From positions 4,836,001 through 4,900,000 of the forward strand of contig CAIIXF020000001.1 of the NCBI GenBank assembly GCA_903813345.2: DNA of 64,000 nucleotides. The letters run 5' to 3'. The translations under genes and the position numbers were made by a program. The notes beneath the pieces were generated by a model that made no database searches, was not told where the DNA came from, and saw nothing but the letters and a program-made list of their open reading frames with translations. This DNA is from Owenia fusiformis (taxonomy: Eukaryota). Positions 39,685-52,090 of this stretch are shown one piece after another; position 1 is the first letter of the stretch, and every line of letters starts with the position of its first letter.

Positions 39685-40610
39685 GTATTCCATACCTGAT
39701 GAGGTTTCAGGGACATATCAACCGGGAATATATTCCATATCCGGGCAAATATTTTTCGTATGTCCCACTCCAACGGAGCTCCGGGACATATAAATCGTAT
39801 GTCCCGCTTAAAAAAAAAAATTAAAAATAAATTCGGGAAAAAATTTGAAAATAAATATTTGAAAAAAACTGTGCGAAAAAATTTGAAAAAAAATTCTGGA
39901 AAAAATGTGAAAAAATTTGGGAAAAAATGTGAAAAAAATTTGGGAAAAAAATGTTAAAAAAATTTGGGAAAAAAATTTAAAAAAAATTTGGTGAAAAAAA
40001 ATTGAAAAAAAATTTGGAAAAGAATTTTTTTTCAAAATGATAACATATTTTGCAAGTAAACACACCAGAGCATATGGGATACATAGAGGATATCCTATGA
40101 TTTATGAGTGATATGATTTTTATCCACGAATGGATATGATATCTGCACGAGCGAGCGTAGCGAGAGAGTGCAGATATCAATATCCATGAGTGGATTAAAA
40201 TCATATCACGAGTAAATCATAGGATGTTCTTTTTATGTTTGAGTCTGAAGTAGCAAAAATCCATAAACCATCGCATACGACGTCGTATGTCATGGCTAAA
40301 AAACCGTATGTTATGGTTAAGTGAAAATTTGTCAAAAATATCATATTTTACCACTGATTACAAAAATACCGTTTTTATTTTCACATGTTATCCTATGAAT
40401 ATCATGCTAACTATGGAATAAATGCTAATTATTTCAAACCTCATCAGGTATGGAATACAACAGTTATGCACGGTCGGTTTGGATACAGGAAATATCCCTT
40501 GGGATATACAACATATCTTCCCTTGGTCCCTTCGGTCCCTCGGGAAGATATATTGTATATCCCTCGGGATATTCCCTGTATCCAAAACCTCCCAGTGCAT
40601 AACCCCTATG
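39685..40610 (+). mobile_element. Crypton-like double-hairpin element (copy B) with an A-rich interior and a nested inverted copy C (about 40082-40235)
   Basis: IR1 GTATTCCATACCTGATGAGG / CCTCATCAGGTATGGAATAC (40439-40458); IR2 GTTATGCAC...GTGCATAAC; ends ATAACCCCTA. Nested hairpin TAGAGGATAT...GCACGAGCGAGCGTAGCGAGAGAGTGC...ATGTTCT. Confidence 0.6.
39808..40035. repeat. A-rich low-complexity repeat (AAAAAAATTTGG-like units)
   Basis: Visible ~11-13-nt A-run periodicity; gives spurious Lys-rich and Phe-rich ORFs. Confidence 0.85.
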
Positions 40611-40849
40611 CATATTGACTCGATTGATGATGTCATTGTAGATAGCAACAAGGTTCAAGCAAAAATAGGCTTAACTTTTTGCTTATTTTCATCATCAGTC
40701 TGGCCAATATAACATTGTTTCTTTGATATACCAAAAGGTGACAGTGTTTCTTGGAAATGTCTATTTGAAAGGATTTTCGAAAATCGTATTATTGCCATTC
40801 CAGGAGAAACGCTCATTATCCAACAGAATGATTCTACAGACTCGTTCGG

Positions 40850-41428
40850 AAGGGATATGGAAAAGTTCTGTTCATTCGTCTAGCGTCTGTCCGGGAGATA
40901 ATTGAAACACCAGTTGACGGATTGTGTTCAGCTTTCATAAGCTGATGCCTAACGGGCATAGGACTTCTTCTTGCGGAGGAGATCTCAATATGGCCGCTCA
41001 ATTTAAAATGTCCGCCATTTGCCATTGTACATGTTGATGTCTTACTGATTTGGATAAATGCTCATTTAGTTCCTATGTATGATGCTTCCATCTATATGCA
41101 GGAATCTCTGTATATCTTCATTCAGAGTATCTCACCACAAATACATGGCCCCTCGGAGCGCTCTGTTCAACCCTGGTCTTAATATGCTTGGAAATCCTAG
41201 ACTTGGCCAGTTTCAGAAAAGCAAAGAAACTTCATCATTTTGGTTTGGAGGCTGGATATCTGCTCAACAACTTTTGGAATAAATCTCTGAATAGTTTATC
41301 TTCATGTTTTTATGGATATTTTTAAATGCTGAAGCATGTCAAGCATCATACTAAAACTAATTCCTGAAAATCTCAAGTTAATATATTTATCAGTATCTGA
41401 GATATGAGGGTGTCTTATAGTACCCCCT
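40850..41428. mobile_element. Possible decayed Tc1/mariner relic
   Basis: APRSALFNP resembles the PPRSPDLNP transposase motif, followed by a CCCCCTG-TA terminus; heavily degenerate. Confidence 0.3.
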
Positions 41429-44400
41429 GTATATTTTATCAGGGGGGTATAAGAAATGCTCTGTAGAGAGTTGCCCAAGGGTGCCGCACCGGCATCCAGT
41501 GGTTTTGAGGTCCCAATCCTATATTCATGTTGATAAGTTAAAAAAACATTGTAATCCGAAGAAAACGATTGAATGTCAAACAGTCGTTATCCATTGAGTA
41601 TTAGTTCACAAGTGCTTCCCGCATTGAATGTTCTTCACAAAATTCATGAAGATATATCATCATTTGACTGTTATTTCAAAATTATAGGGCTGCACTTTTA
41701 TGTCAATGTTTTAAATACGTTTAGTGTGCTTTTTGAGTTAAAGACGCAATGACTGATGAAACAATTTAAATCAAGGTACAATACCATAATATAGATGCCA
41801 TATAGATGGCATGTAACATGACAAGGCAGCCACAGTCTTGTGACACGAGTGTGTCGCTTAGTAAATGTATTTTGGGTACCAACATTGACCAATATGATTT
41901 TGTTGCGTGCGTCTTCTATTTTACAATGTTTCTTGAAAAGAATTACAATGATGACGATAACGATGGTGATAATGAACTGATTTAAATAATGGCGCTCATC
42001 AATTAATAATTTCACCGTTTAGTTTAAGTCCAAGTTTGTGAATGACCGGAATTCACCCTCCTTTTCATGCAAAAACACGGTCTTTAAGCGTACTCAATAA
42101 TATATTAGTTACTATAATTGGTAATAGTTTATACTTATGATCGTGCTTGTGACATCTAATTTGCACAAAATCGCTAGTTTTATGAGCCACGTCATGGCTT
42201 TTTAATCTTAACCATTTTAAACAAGTCATTTCGATGACAAAATATTTCCGCAATATTAGAGAATGAGACCATATCTAAGTGTATCCGTTCTTGTCAACGT
42301 CTCGCCAACACTCCAAAATGCATGCAGCGTCATGTTGAAATAATGACGTTTGCTCTCATACTTTTTATTAACCTTTCAAATAATGACAAAATAGAAATTT
42401 TTGTGTTAGAAGTGCGAAAATCATAAATTATCAGAATTGATACGCCATATGCATATTTCATAAATTAATGTTTGATGTTAAGATATAACCGTTTTTATGT
42501 CACCACAATAAGTTGTTATGGTTTCAAACTTTTTTGTGGCGGCGGTTGGTGCTCGGCGTCTGTATAAAATGGCAGGTCGTGACATTTTACATGTAGTGTC
42601 TTGTTATAATGTAATCCGCCAGTATATTTCTAGTTTCATTGCACCTTTTCAAAGTATTAGGCTTATATTCAGATAAGTGTCGTCATCTTATCCTGAAACT
42701 GATAGGTGAGCGGGCGTCTTTGCAGGTGGGTGGGCTTCTCAACTAACTTGTTATTGATTAAAGTAAATTATTAAGACATCAAAGTCATGTAACAACGTTT
42801 GAAACAGGATGGTTTCTATGAAATCAAATTGATTTTATGCCCCGTCTTATGTGTACAAATTTCAATATCTTACACTTTATAAACAAAGTCATGCTTCCTT
42901 TCTAAATGAAAAATATTTTCTTTACAGACCGTCGATTGATTTTCAAGACGTAATCAAGAAAGTGAAAAAGATGCTACGCGGAATTTTCGATGGTGCGGTT
43001 CTGACATCAGTCATTGTCGGTGGACTTTCAATAGAATACCTGTAAATCTGACAGATCTTCACTGATTTGGGTACGCGTTAGCACTGAAATAAGTGATAAA
43101 TTTTGACTTTTCTTTTCATCCCGGCCCTTATCGTATAGATTTCTTGCCAGAATGATACACGTTTTTGATGGCGGACACAGAAATGCTGAACATAATCTTG
43201 AGTATAAATCGCCAGATGGCAATTTCAGGGGAAATAGACGCGGTTCAGTTTTGAACTCTAAAAAATGCAAACGCAATGAGAAGCCAAGAAACACGTTCAC
43301 ACTGAACGAAACTGTGTTCAGTGAACAAAGTTCACTTTCAATTCTTCCAAGGTATTTTTACATTTCTTGTATGAAGCCCTAAAAGTCTGTTAGTTACCAA
43401 AAATAGGATAACTATTACGTTTAGAATCCGAAAATAAAAAAGTTGAAAAAATGATTCGCATAAAATTTCATTTTTACATAACTTTTTTGAACATTGCTTA
43501 TCTACGTCACTTCCACCACGATTAATAATTTCGATTTGTCAGATTTAGTCAGTTGAGACCTGTCAAATTTTCAGTTCTTGTTTGTCAGATAATTGGGTTC
43601 GATTTTCTGAGGATGTCAACATAATGCGAGCTAAGTGTCCCAGAATCTTAGGCTCATGTTGCTTGCGTAATCAGACATAGGAAAGGATATTGGACGGATT
43701 ACAGCACGTAGGCGCGGGATTTAAAGCCGTTCAGAAACAAATACAACGAATGTTCTAGAACTAATTGAAATCAAAGAGCCTGTGGAACTATTGAACAGCA
43801 ACATGTCTTACTAAATCAGCATTATTTTGAGAAATGTACCATATTTGTGAAATAATAATGGAACAGACACAAAAAGTCTTTGAATGTGTTGTGCAGAATT
43901 TGCAAAGTGTATTATTTTATCCTTAAATCATAACAGAAACGAGCATCATTGTTTGCTATAGTTACTAGTATAGTAAATTGTATTTAAAAGAATAATGCAC
44001 TCTGTGGATTGATTTGTGGTGTCTTGATCTTTTTTTCATGGCCATGTGAGTTGTTCCCGTCATTTTGGTCTTGAGATCCTGAAATTAAACAGTTTAGAAA
44101 TGATCTAATGTTCTATACTAGTACATAAAATATAGAGACAAGAATGAGATATTAATACAGTAATAATGGTGATGATATTGGTCGGTGATGCCAATGAATA
44201 ATAATCAGAGGAAATACTCACTGTCAAACAAATACGTGCAGTATTTGGATAAAATTGCACTTTGTGAAGCTCATAGGTATAAGTGCAGAACGTCATCTTA
44301 ATTGATGAATGACTTGGGATAATTATCAAAAATTGTATTTGTTATTCAGATTCAGCTAGGATCAATGTTAGTGTAATGTTTTTATGTGGGCTTTACATAG

Positions 44401-44459
44401 TATTATACACAGTAATTAGACGAAGCTTTTAGATACCTAAAAGAGTGATACAAATAGTA

Positions 44460-45158
44460 GCCCAATTTACACTACGAGCAGCATTCCAAGACGTTTTAGA
44501 AAAATTAAGTTGAGTTTGCATTACCATTTTCAAGACGTCTTAGGAAATAAGATCGAGTTTACACCTGTTTTCCTAAAACGTCTTAGAGATACTCGTATGT
44601 AGGTATACATGTAAAATGAAAAAGGCAGTTCAGTACTTGTTGAAGGACGGTTCAGTCAATATAGCTATTCCTTTCCCGCTTCTATACTTTGTACCCGACT
44701 TTGTACTAAATGCATCGGTTTCAGAAAAATATTTTCTAAAGACAGCATTGTTAAAAGCATGAAAGAGAACAGGAAGATTTTATGCATAAATAAGGATTAT
44801 GATAAATCCCCAGGCAAATAAGTTCTTCTCAATAATTTTTGGATGATATTGGGAACAAGGGATATAACAAAATAAAGGACCAGACGACATATGTAAATGG
44901 AAAGTTTCAAATGTTTCGTTCGGCGCAATACGCAAAAAACCGGGCTAAGAGCTCTTAGCTAAAAACGATGGATTTACACTCGTTTGTAAAACGTTTAATG
45001 CTAAGACGTCTTAGCTATGACTAGGGTCCTAAAACGTTTTAGCTAAGCGCTCTTAGCCGAGAGCTTTTGAGTAAATCTGGATTTACATTACATTTGTAAA
45101 ACGTTTTAACGCTAAAACGGTTTAGCTAAGACGTCTTAGCGCGCTAGTGTAAATCCAA
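44460..45158. mobile_element. MITE with ATTTACAC/GTGTAAAT ends and repeated palindromic CTAAGACGTCTTAG motifs
   Basis: CCCAATTTACACTA at 44461 and TAGTGTAAATCCA at 45145; many AAGACGTCTTAG units. Confidence 0.55.
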
Positions 45159-46525
45159 CAAGCGAAATGTTGCAAAAGACTAGAACTAAAATTATCCATG
45201 TGTGTATTCTCATAAAAATTATGTTGGATGTTGAATTGGTAAAATACGCTTGTGAAGTTCCAAGTGTTTTGGGCTAGCCTAGAATTCTTACTATTGCTGA
45301 AGTGTTCTGATTTTACCCAATTGAAGAGATTACTTATTTTATTAAATACACCACAAAAAATCACTGATCGTATTTTTGACCATATTTTCATTGAACTTGT
45401 TGTTTTTGTAGAATGATGGCTACTGGTATTGTTTTTATGAAACCACTTATATTTATTTACTAGTCCTATAGGATTGGGGATGAGGTCCAAACGTCGGTCC
45501 ATTTTTAATAGACTAGTTATCCAAAATATGGGCCTAAATCTTATTCTCAATTTTTAAAATATGTTTCATTAAAAGATGATGATTTGGAAAAATTGGCAGT
45601 TTCTTAAAGTGGACCAAGATTTTGAAAATGTATAAATGCTTTCCAGGCAATGATTTTTCAAAAATAAGTTTTGCCGCCCTCATTCTTACCTGATTTCATA
45701 AAGTTCTTCAATAAATTAATGATATAGAACTCCAAAACAAGATTATCATAAAGGGTGGAAGGAAAAAGATGATAAATGCACGATGAAGAATGGAGTTTAT
45801 GACATATATGAGAAGCCTTGACATCCCTATCAATTTAAAGACTAGACAGAATGTCAAGAGGATTACATTGCTGCAATTGAACACTATTTTGATAAAACAT
45901 TTAATGAGTTATAACAGAACATAAACGGTTGAAGAAAAAAGCATTAGACTGATTACTTTCAGTCTATAGAGACATCTACAAATCATTTATTATGTCATAT
46001 GGACCGTGGAGTCGTGGACATAGCTATTGGTTCAAATATTAAAGTCTGTGTACTAGACTCTGCGCGCAGGGTATCTAGCACTATATAACTGCAAAATTTG
46101 GTTTTTATATGTTGGGAAATAAAAAAGTCATAGCATTTTTCATACTAAGTAAGTGGCGATTTTTGGCTCACCCTGCATTTGGTATACTATTACACTCTTT
46201 CCATACCATTTTTATTATTCGAACATAAAACTAGTAAGGTAAGGTCCAAACCAGTGGGACTGGAACATTTCGTATACGATACGGATTTTAACGTATCTTA
46301 TTCGATTATGCTAAATGTTTTAAGCATTACATGTATTTCCTTGGCTGTGTCCGGTTTTGACATTAAAAGTCTCATTAATTTTCAATTAGCACAAAAGGCA
46401 GTAAGTACCCAGTTAATATTTTTTTGCTTCCCACGTGAGACATTCCCAAGATTTGAGGTTCGTCGATTGCTCGTCTCTTTCAGAAATAGAAATTTTCAAG
46501 ATAGAAAATAGATAGATTCAATATA

Positions 46526-47140
46526 CAGGGTGTCAAATAAGTCTGTTCTCCCCTTAAATTTTTTATCTTTAGATTTATCATACTTTCCCATATATCATTT
46601 TGAAGCTCATGAAAAAAAAATCAATCATAAACTCCTCCTAATAAAATTGCTACAGTGTTTCTTGTAAGGTTGTAGTTGACCTTTGATTACGTCAAAACAA
46701 GTAAAATTACCAGGTATAGTGAATAAAAAGTGAAAAGTTGATACTGCAGTGACAATGCCAACATTGGGTGATTTCGATGTTTCTCAATATCATTACAGAG
46801 TAAAATGTGTTACATTCAAGGGAGCCTTTGAAGCAGGGGCATCTCTCATCACAAAATAGTTGATAACACCTAAAATTAAACGTTCTATATGATTTATACA
46901 GGATCATATCCTCGTAGAATTGAGGCCCTCCGGGCTGCTGGGGGAGACATACAGACTATTAAAAAAGTGAAATATGGACATCACTAAAAATTCTCTAGAA
47001 ATTTGGAATATAACCAATCACTCTGAAATGTGGTGTGTGATCAGCAAATTAAATTCCCTTTAAGATGATATATACCAACCCTATGTTATCTCTGACTTAA
47101 AAAAAGTTAAGGGGGGAGAACAGACTTATTTGACGCCCTG
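46526..47140. mobile_element. Tc1/mariner-type MITE
   Basis: TA|CAGGGTGTCAAATAAGTCTGTTCTCCCC...GGGGAGAACAGACTTATTTGACGCCCTG|TA. Confidence 0.85.
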
Positions 47141-47884
47141 TAGATTAACAAGATAGAAACAAGGTTTTAAATCCTGCTCCTGTTAAGATCATAAGTTAAA
47201 GATTAAAGTCATCTGCATACCTCATCAAATCATGGCGCGAATTGATCAATGCCCTTTGTGTTGGGGAAACATCATCAACGTAATTTTCCATCTGCCGACC
47301 CCGCTTTTATAATTTCATATCAAAATTAATTAAGATGAGGACACGTTTTATCAATTAAGCAAATAAGAAAACCCGATCCTTTTGATCATTGTGTAATTTT
47401 CGATTCAAAACGTGTCAATTTGGCGTCAATGATACGTCAAATGTTCAATTCTTGATAACAGCTATTTTCAGCCAACATCTTCAAAATTATGAAAATATGA
47501 ATCCACGAACTATTATAATCACATTTTGCTAGGTCTAAAATTTTCGTTAATGTTGAAACTTGAAAGTGGTGCATTTTTCGTAGATTAACATGATATACCC
47601 CTACGTATCAAAATCGTATTGGATTGATGTTGTGACTGATGTTGAATTAATATTGTGTCTGTACATTCTGTTATAGTTTGAAACTTGAGTGAAAAGTCAA
47701 TCTTTTGTAATGTTTGATTCTCCCATATCTGTGAAACCAAAAACAAAATTGTTACACCATTGTTTGTTTATAAACTATATCTAAACAACATCGAGTAGGA
47801 GGCGGTTAATATTGGATACTTTGCAATGTTAACAATCGAATGGTTCCTACAATCAATTGTATGGATCAAAAATACATGCATGTA

Positions 47885-48435
47885 CAGGGTGAAAAAAGGT
47901 AATCCAAAAAACCTTAAGGTGCCGTGGTACTTAACAGGAAATGACAAAACAGGAAGTGACAAAACCATGCTGGACTTCAAACATTTTTTGAACCAACCTC
48001 CAGTCAGTTTAGCTAGTTCCACATATCATTTACATGACCAGGATATCAATGTACATGATCAGAATGACCATAAACATGATGAAATTACTTTTTCAGCCCT
48101 CTGAAAATGTGACTGAAATATAGCTAAAAGTAGGAGCTTAGGAAAACTGAACAGAATTTTTTGAAATTTTCAGAAAATGTGCCCAATAAAATGACGTAGA
48201 CCTAATTAGACTGACTGGATGTCAAAACAGAACTCTATTATGTTGGTTCATAAAATGTTTGAAATCCAGCATGGTTTTGTCACTTCCTGTTTTGTCATTT
48301 CCTGTTAAGTACCACGGCACCTTAATGACTCATTCAGCTTTGGTTTATAGTCATATTTGGAACAATAAAACCTTGTTCAATGTTCTTTCATTCTACCATG
48401 TTTCATTGGTTTATGCCATCTCATGGCTCACCCTG
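47885..48435. mobile_element. Tc1-type MITE (CAGGGTGA...TCACCCTG, TA-flanked) hosting a nested element
   Basis: CATGTA|CAGGGTGA ... TCACCCTG|TACATG. Confidence 0.6.
47918..48321. mobile_element. Second, shorter copy of the TTAA foldback family of 33241
   Basis: TTAA|GGTGCCGTGGTACTTAACAGG...CCTGTTAAGTACCACGGCACC|TTAA; a further fragment at about 53691-53752. Confidence 0.85.
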
Positions 48436-48999
48436 TACATGAAGGCTATCGGGATATAGTCAGGATCTAAAACCTATTTCATCAAGATATCATAAAGATG
48501 AATTATTAACGTACTATTTATCGGTCCATCCTATACATTTACATGGCGGTCTTATTGGTTCTAAATCATTTCTAGTAACTTTACTCGTCGCCATGATACA
48601 TACCCTGTGCGCATAGTCTAGTAATAAAGGTTATTGTAGTTATTGTTTATATTTTTGTATTTTCATGCTATTAAACAGCAAAATCGTATTTGTAGCCTAA
48701 TATAATTATAAATGAAAATGAAATCCACCTCGATGTGGGAATAATAAAGATACATACATACACACATACATACACCGAGGGGTTGATTGGTTAGGAGACA
48801 TATCCCTCGGATTAAAACCATCGGCAATTATGGTTTGATGACACAGCAGTGATATTATATTTTATGTTTGGACCAAATGATAAATGTATCTGCACAAACC
48901 ATCGGACTTGAAACCACAGTTCTATGAAACAACTTACCTAATTCCTGAATAGTGTCCGCCTGTAATACATGGTCATTTTAAAGTTCTTGAAACAGTAGT

Positions 49000-51984
49000 C
49001 TAGCCATGAACTAAACCTCCTCCTATTGTATCGAGCTGACGTTTTTCCTCTTCTAATCCATGAACCAAACCAACACCGATGTTATCTAAACCGTCTCGTT
49101 TACCGTGAACCATTGCTCCACCTAATGAATCAAAGTTTCTCTTTCCGTGTACCATTGCTCCGCCCAATGAGTCAAAGTTTCTCTTTCCATGAACCATTGC
49201 TCCGCCCAAGGAGTCAAAGTTTCTCTTTCCGTGTACCATTGCTCCGCCCAATGAGTCAAAGTTTCTTTTTCCATGAACCATTGCTCCGCCCAGTGAGTCA
49301 AAGTTTCTTTTACCGTGGACCATTGCTCCGCCTAATGAATCAAAGTTTCTTTTTCCATGGACCATTGCTCCGCCCAATGAGTCAAAGTTTCTCTTTCCAT
49401 GAACCATTGCTCCGCCCAAGGAGTCAAAGTTTCTTTTTCCATGAACCATTGCTCCGCCCAATGAGTCAAAGTTTCTTTTTCCATGAACCATTGCTCCGCC
49501 CAATGAGTCAAAGTTTCTTTTACCGTGGACCATTGCTCCGCCTAATGAATCAAAGTTTCTTTTTCCATGGACCATTGCTCCGCCCAAGGAATCAAAGTTT
49601 CTTTTACCATGAACCATTGCTCCGCCTAATGAATCAAAGTTTCTTTTTCCATGGACCATTGCTCCGCCTAAGGAATCAAAGTTTCTTTTCCCATGAACCA
49701 AGGCTCCGCCTAACGAATCAACGTTTCTTTTCCCATGGACCATTGCTCCGCCTAAGGAATCAAAATTTCTTTTCCCGTGCACCATTCCACCGCCAATCGT
49801 ATCTAATTGACGTTTACCATGCACCATTGCACCACCGAGTGAATCAAAATTCTTTTTTTCATACATTTGGCTTTCATCTAAGGAGTCGACTGATCGTTTG
49901 TCTTGTGTCTTTGCATCAAGATAATATCGTAGGGCTTCGAAATCTTCATCTAATCTGTTAACAAGCTCGTCTTTCTAAAGAATAATAAAAATAGTACACG
50001 GTTAATGATTTATTTAAGGTTATCAAGAGCAAGAAGATTTTTGCTTATTTGATTACTTGGATGCCTGTGAAAACACCATACTTTCTTATAAGCTAGGATA
50101 TTCCATTGGAGGGTTCAAAGATTCACAATTCACAATTTCGTTTGTGACTTAAGATTTATGCTTATGTCTTATTCAATATAAATCAAAAACAATTGAAGTG
50201 CGCTTTTATGAGAACTTTATGATCACCCCTCGTATATCCTACAAAATAACTGCGATACAAATGTTTCATTTCTCACCATCTAATTATCTGCGCAAAAATG
50301 GGACACAGTCGGTTTGCATAACTTGTTTTGAAACCGAAATACTGAACATTATATACAGAAATGAGTGGTATCGATATGGAGAACTTTTTGAACACGTTTC
50401 TCTTAAACCAGTCATAAAAAAGCATATAATATTGAGAGGTCTAATAACATGTTGTATATGCTATTTTGTTCCATCAAGGTTCGGAAAGACATTTCATTTC
50501 ATTCTCAATAATTGGTAGAAAGGAGCAAAACAGTTATATAAAATATTTCTGAATAATTTTCGCATTAAATTGTTGTCAATCAGTCAACATTACATAAAAT
50601 ACCGTGTTTATACATCTAATGTTTTCAATGATTGGTTTAAGAGAAAAACGTTGTTGAATTCAGTTCTCCATATCGATCCTTTTATCTTTTAAAAGCCAAA
50701 TAGCTGTGTTGCAGAAAGAAAAAATATTTGTCCTGCTGATCGACTAGACTCTGAATATACGAAGCGCAAATAGACTAGATGCGAGTAGAAGTAATCTTGA
50801 TTTACGCCATTAAATATTCAAAATTCAGTCAAAGCGATGTTATATTTAAAAATCTACATGTAAAGTACATCTAGAAATATGGATTCGAAAATTGTTTATC
50901 AAGTTTGAAAATTTCATTGTTTTTAAAAGTGAAATATCTTTTCTTGTAGTGGTAAGATAACATTTTCATTTACTGGACATATTTTGATTTGCATAACTAT
51001 TAGATACATAAGGGTTATATGAAAATCGAACCACTAAAACAGATGTTATTTAAGTTAAAGGGATTTTTCTACTATACCCGCCATGCTATCTGACCCGAAC
51101 GAGCCACCTGGTGGTGAAACTGGTAACTACCTACTCGCATCTGCGTTATTAAACCAAATTACAATTTAGAAATCTAGACTCACCACCTTATCTTAAATAC
51201 TGTGAAATTACATTGCCTTTACACTACATTTTGTAAGTGTAAGTGTATAATTTTGGATGTTTTAAATTGCCGAGATCCGACAAATATACTCGAGCGAGTC
51301 GGTGCAATTATGTTTTTCATTATATCATTACTTTCAAGAAATAGCTCAGTATATCGTCATGTCATCATTATTTCTTAATGTCGGGGCTGGGTAAATTGTT
51401 CCAAACTCTAAAACCAAGAATTACGAATAAATATATAGATATCTCAAGCGTGTCTGGACATTGAAATAACTAGAACTCACCACAGCATTTAAGTGAATTT
51501 AGTTTACCAAAACGTTAAACGTAAAGTTGAATTCATTAGGATTGATGTGTAGTGTACATGTAGAACAAATATTTAAAAATGATAAAAAAAACATTTTTGT
51601 TTTTAAGATACTGGATCATTTTGTATCCAAAATGATTACTTATCAAAATATGTTGAATGCTATTTATTTTCTTCAAAAAGTTGCCATTAAATATCAATTC
51701 AGTAATAATTTTCGATGATATATGAATTAACTCAACGAACTGAACTCAACGCAACATGAAATATTCAAGCAAATTGGTCTTAACGTTAAGAAATAAAGAA
51801 AAAAGAAAGAACCATTAAATATCTTTAAAAGCAATCTAATCTTTGTAAAACCATATAAATGCATATTAATTTTTGATATTATATGATATTATTATATAAC
51901 AAATTAGCTCACCTGTACAAGAGGAGCGCTAGAACTACATTGTAAAAGACAAAGTAGAACGCTTCCAGTGATAAAGTTTGTCAT
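49000..51984 (-). CDS. FCAP: Neuropeptide precursor, FCAP (feeding circuit-activating peptide)-like, 348 aa, 2 coding exons
   Basis: Exon 1 (51984-51913) encodes a signal-peptide-like MTNFITGSVLLCLLQCSSSAPLVQ with a GTGAG donor. Exon 2 (49974-49000) joins in phase 0 and has 16x NFDSLGGAMVHG plus QLDTIGGGMVHG, NVDSLGGALVHG, DGLDNIGVGLVHGLEEE and QLDTIGGGLVHG, separated by KR. The core DSLGGxxVHG matches Aplysia FCAP (e.g. ALDSLGGFQVHGW). Confidence 0.9.
50367..50679. mobile_element. MITE (TIR GGTATCGATATGGAGAAC) in the neuropeptide intron
   Basis: Inverted termini; a longer copy in the opposite orientation lies at 55961-56682. Confidence 0.75.
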
Positions 51985-52082
51985 ATTGACTATTAGTTCC
52001 TAATTCTATAAGTTATGGCCTAATTTGTTGTTAATCCTCACGGGCCGTTTGCGGAATAGTGGCAGGTAACCATATCCAGTTC

Positions 52083-52090
52083 ATATTTAT
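52083..52090 (-). promoter_or_regulatory. TATA box of the neuropeptide gene
   Basis: CTATAAATAT on the minus strand, about 100 nt upstream of the ATG at 51984. Confidence 0.6.

Noticed and set aside
49026-49961. 311-aa plus-strand ORF with EPLLRPMSQSFFFH repeats
   Set aside because: Antisense shadow of the neuropeptide repeat: variation is synonymous on the minus strand and non-synonymous in this frame.
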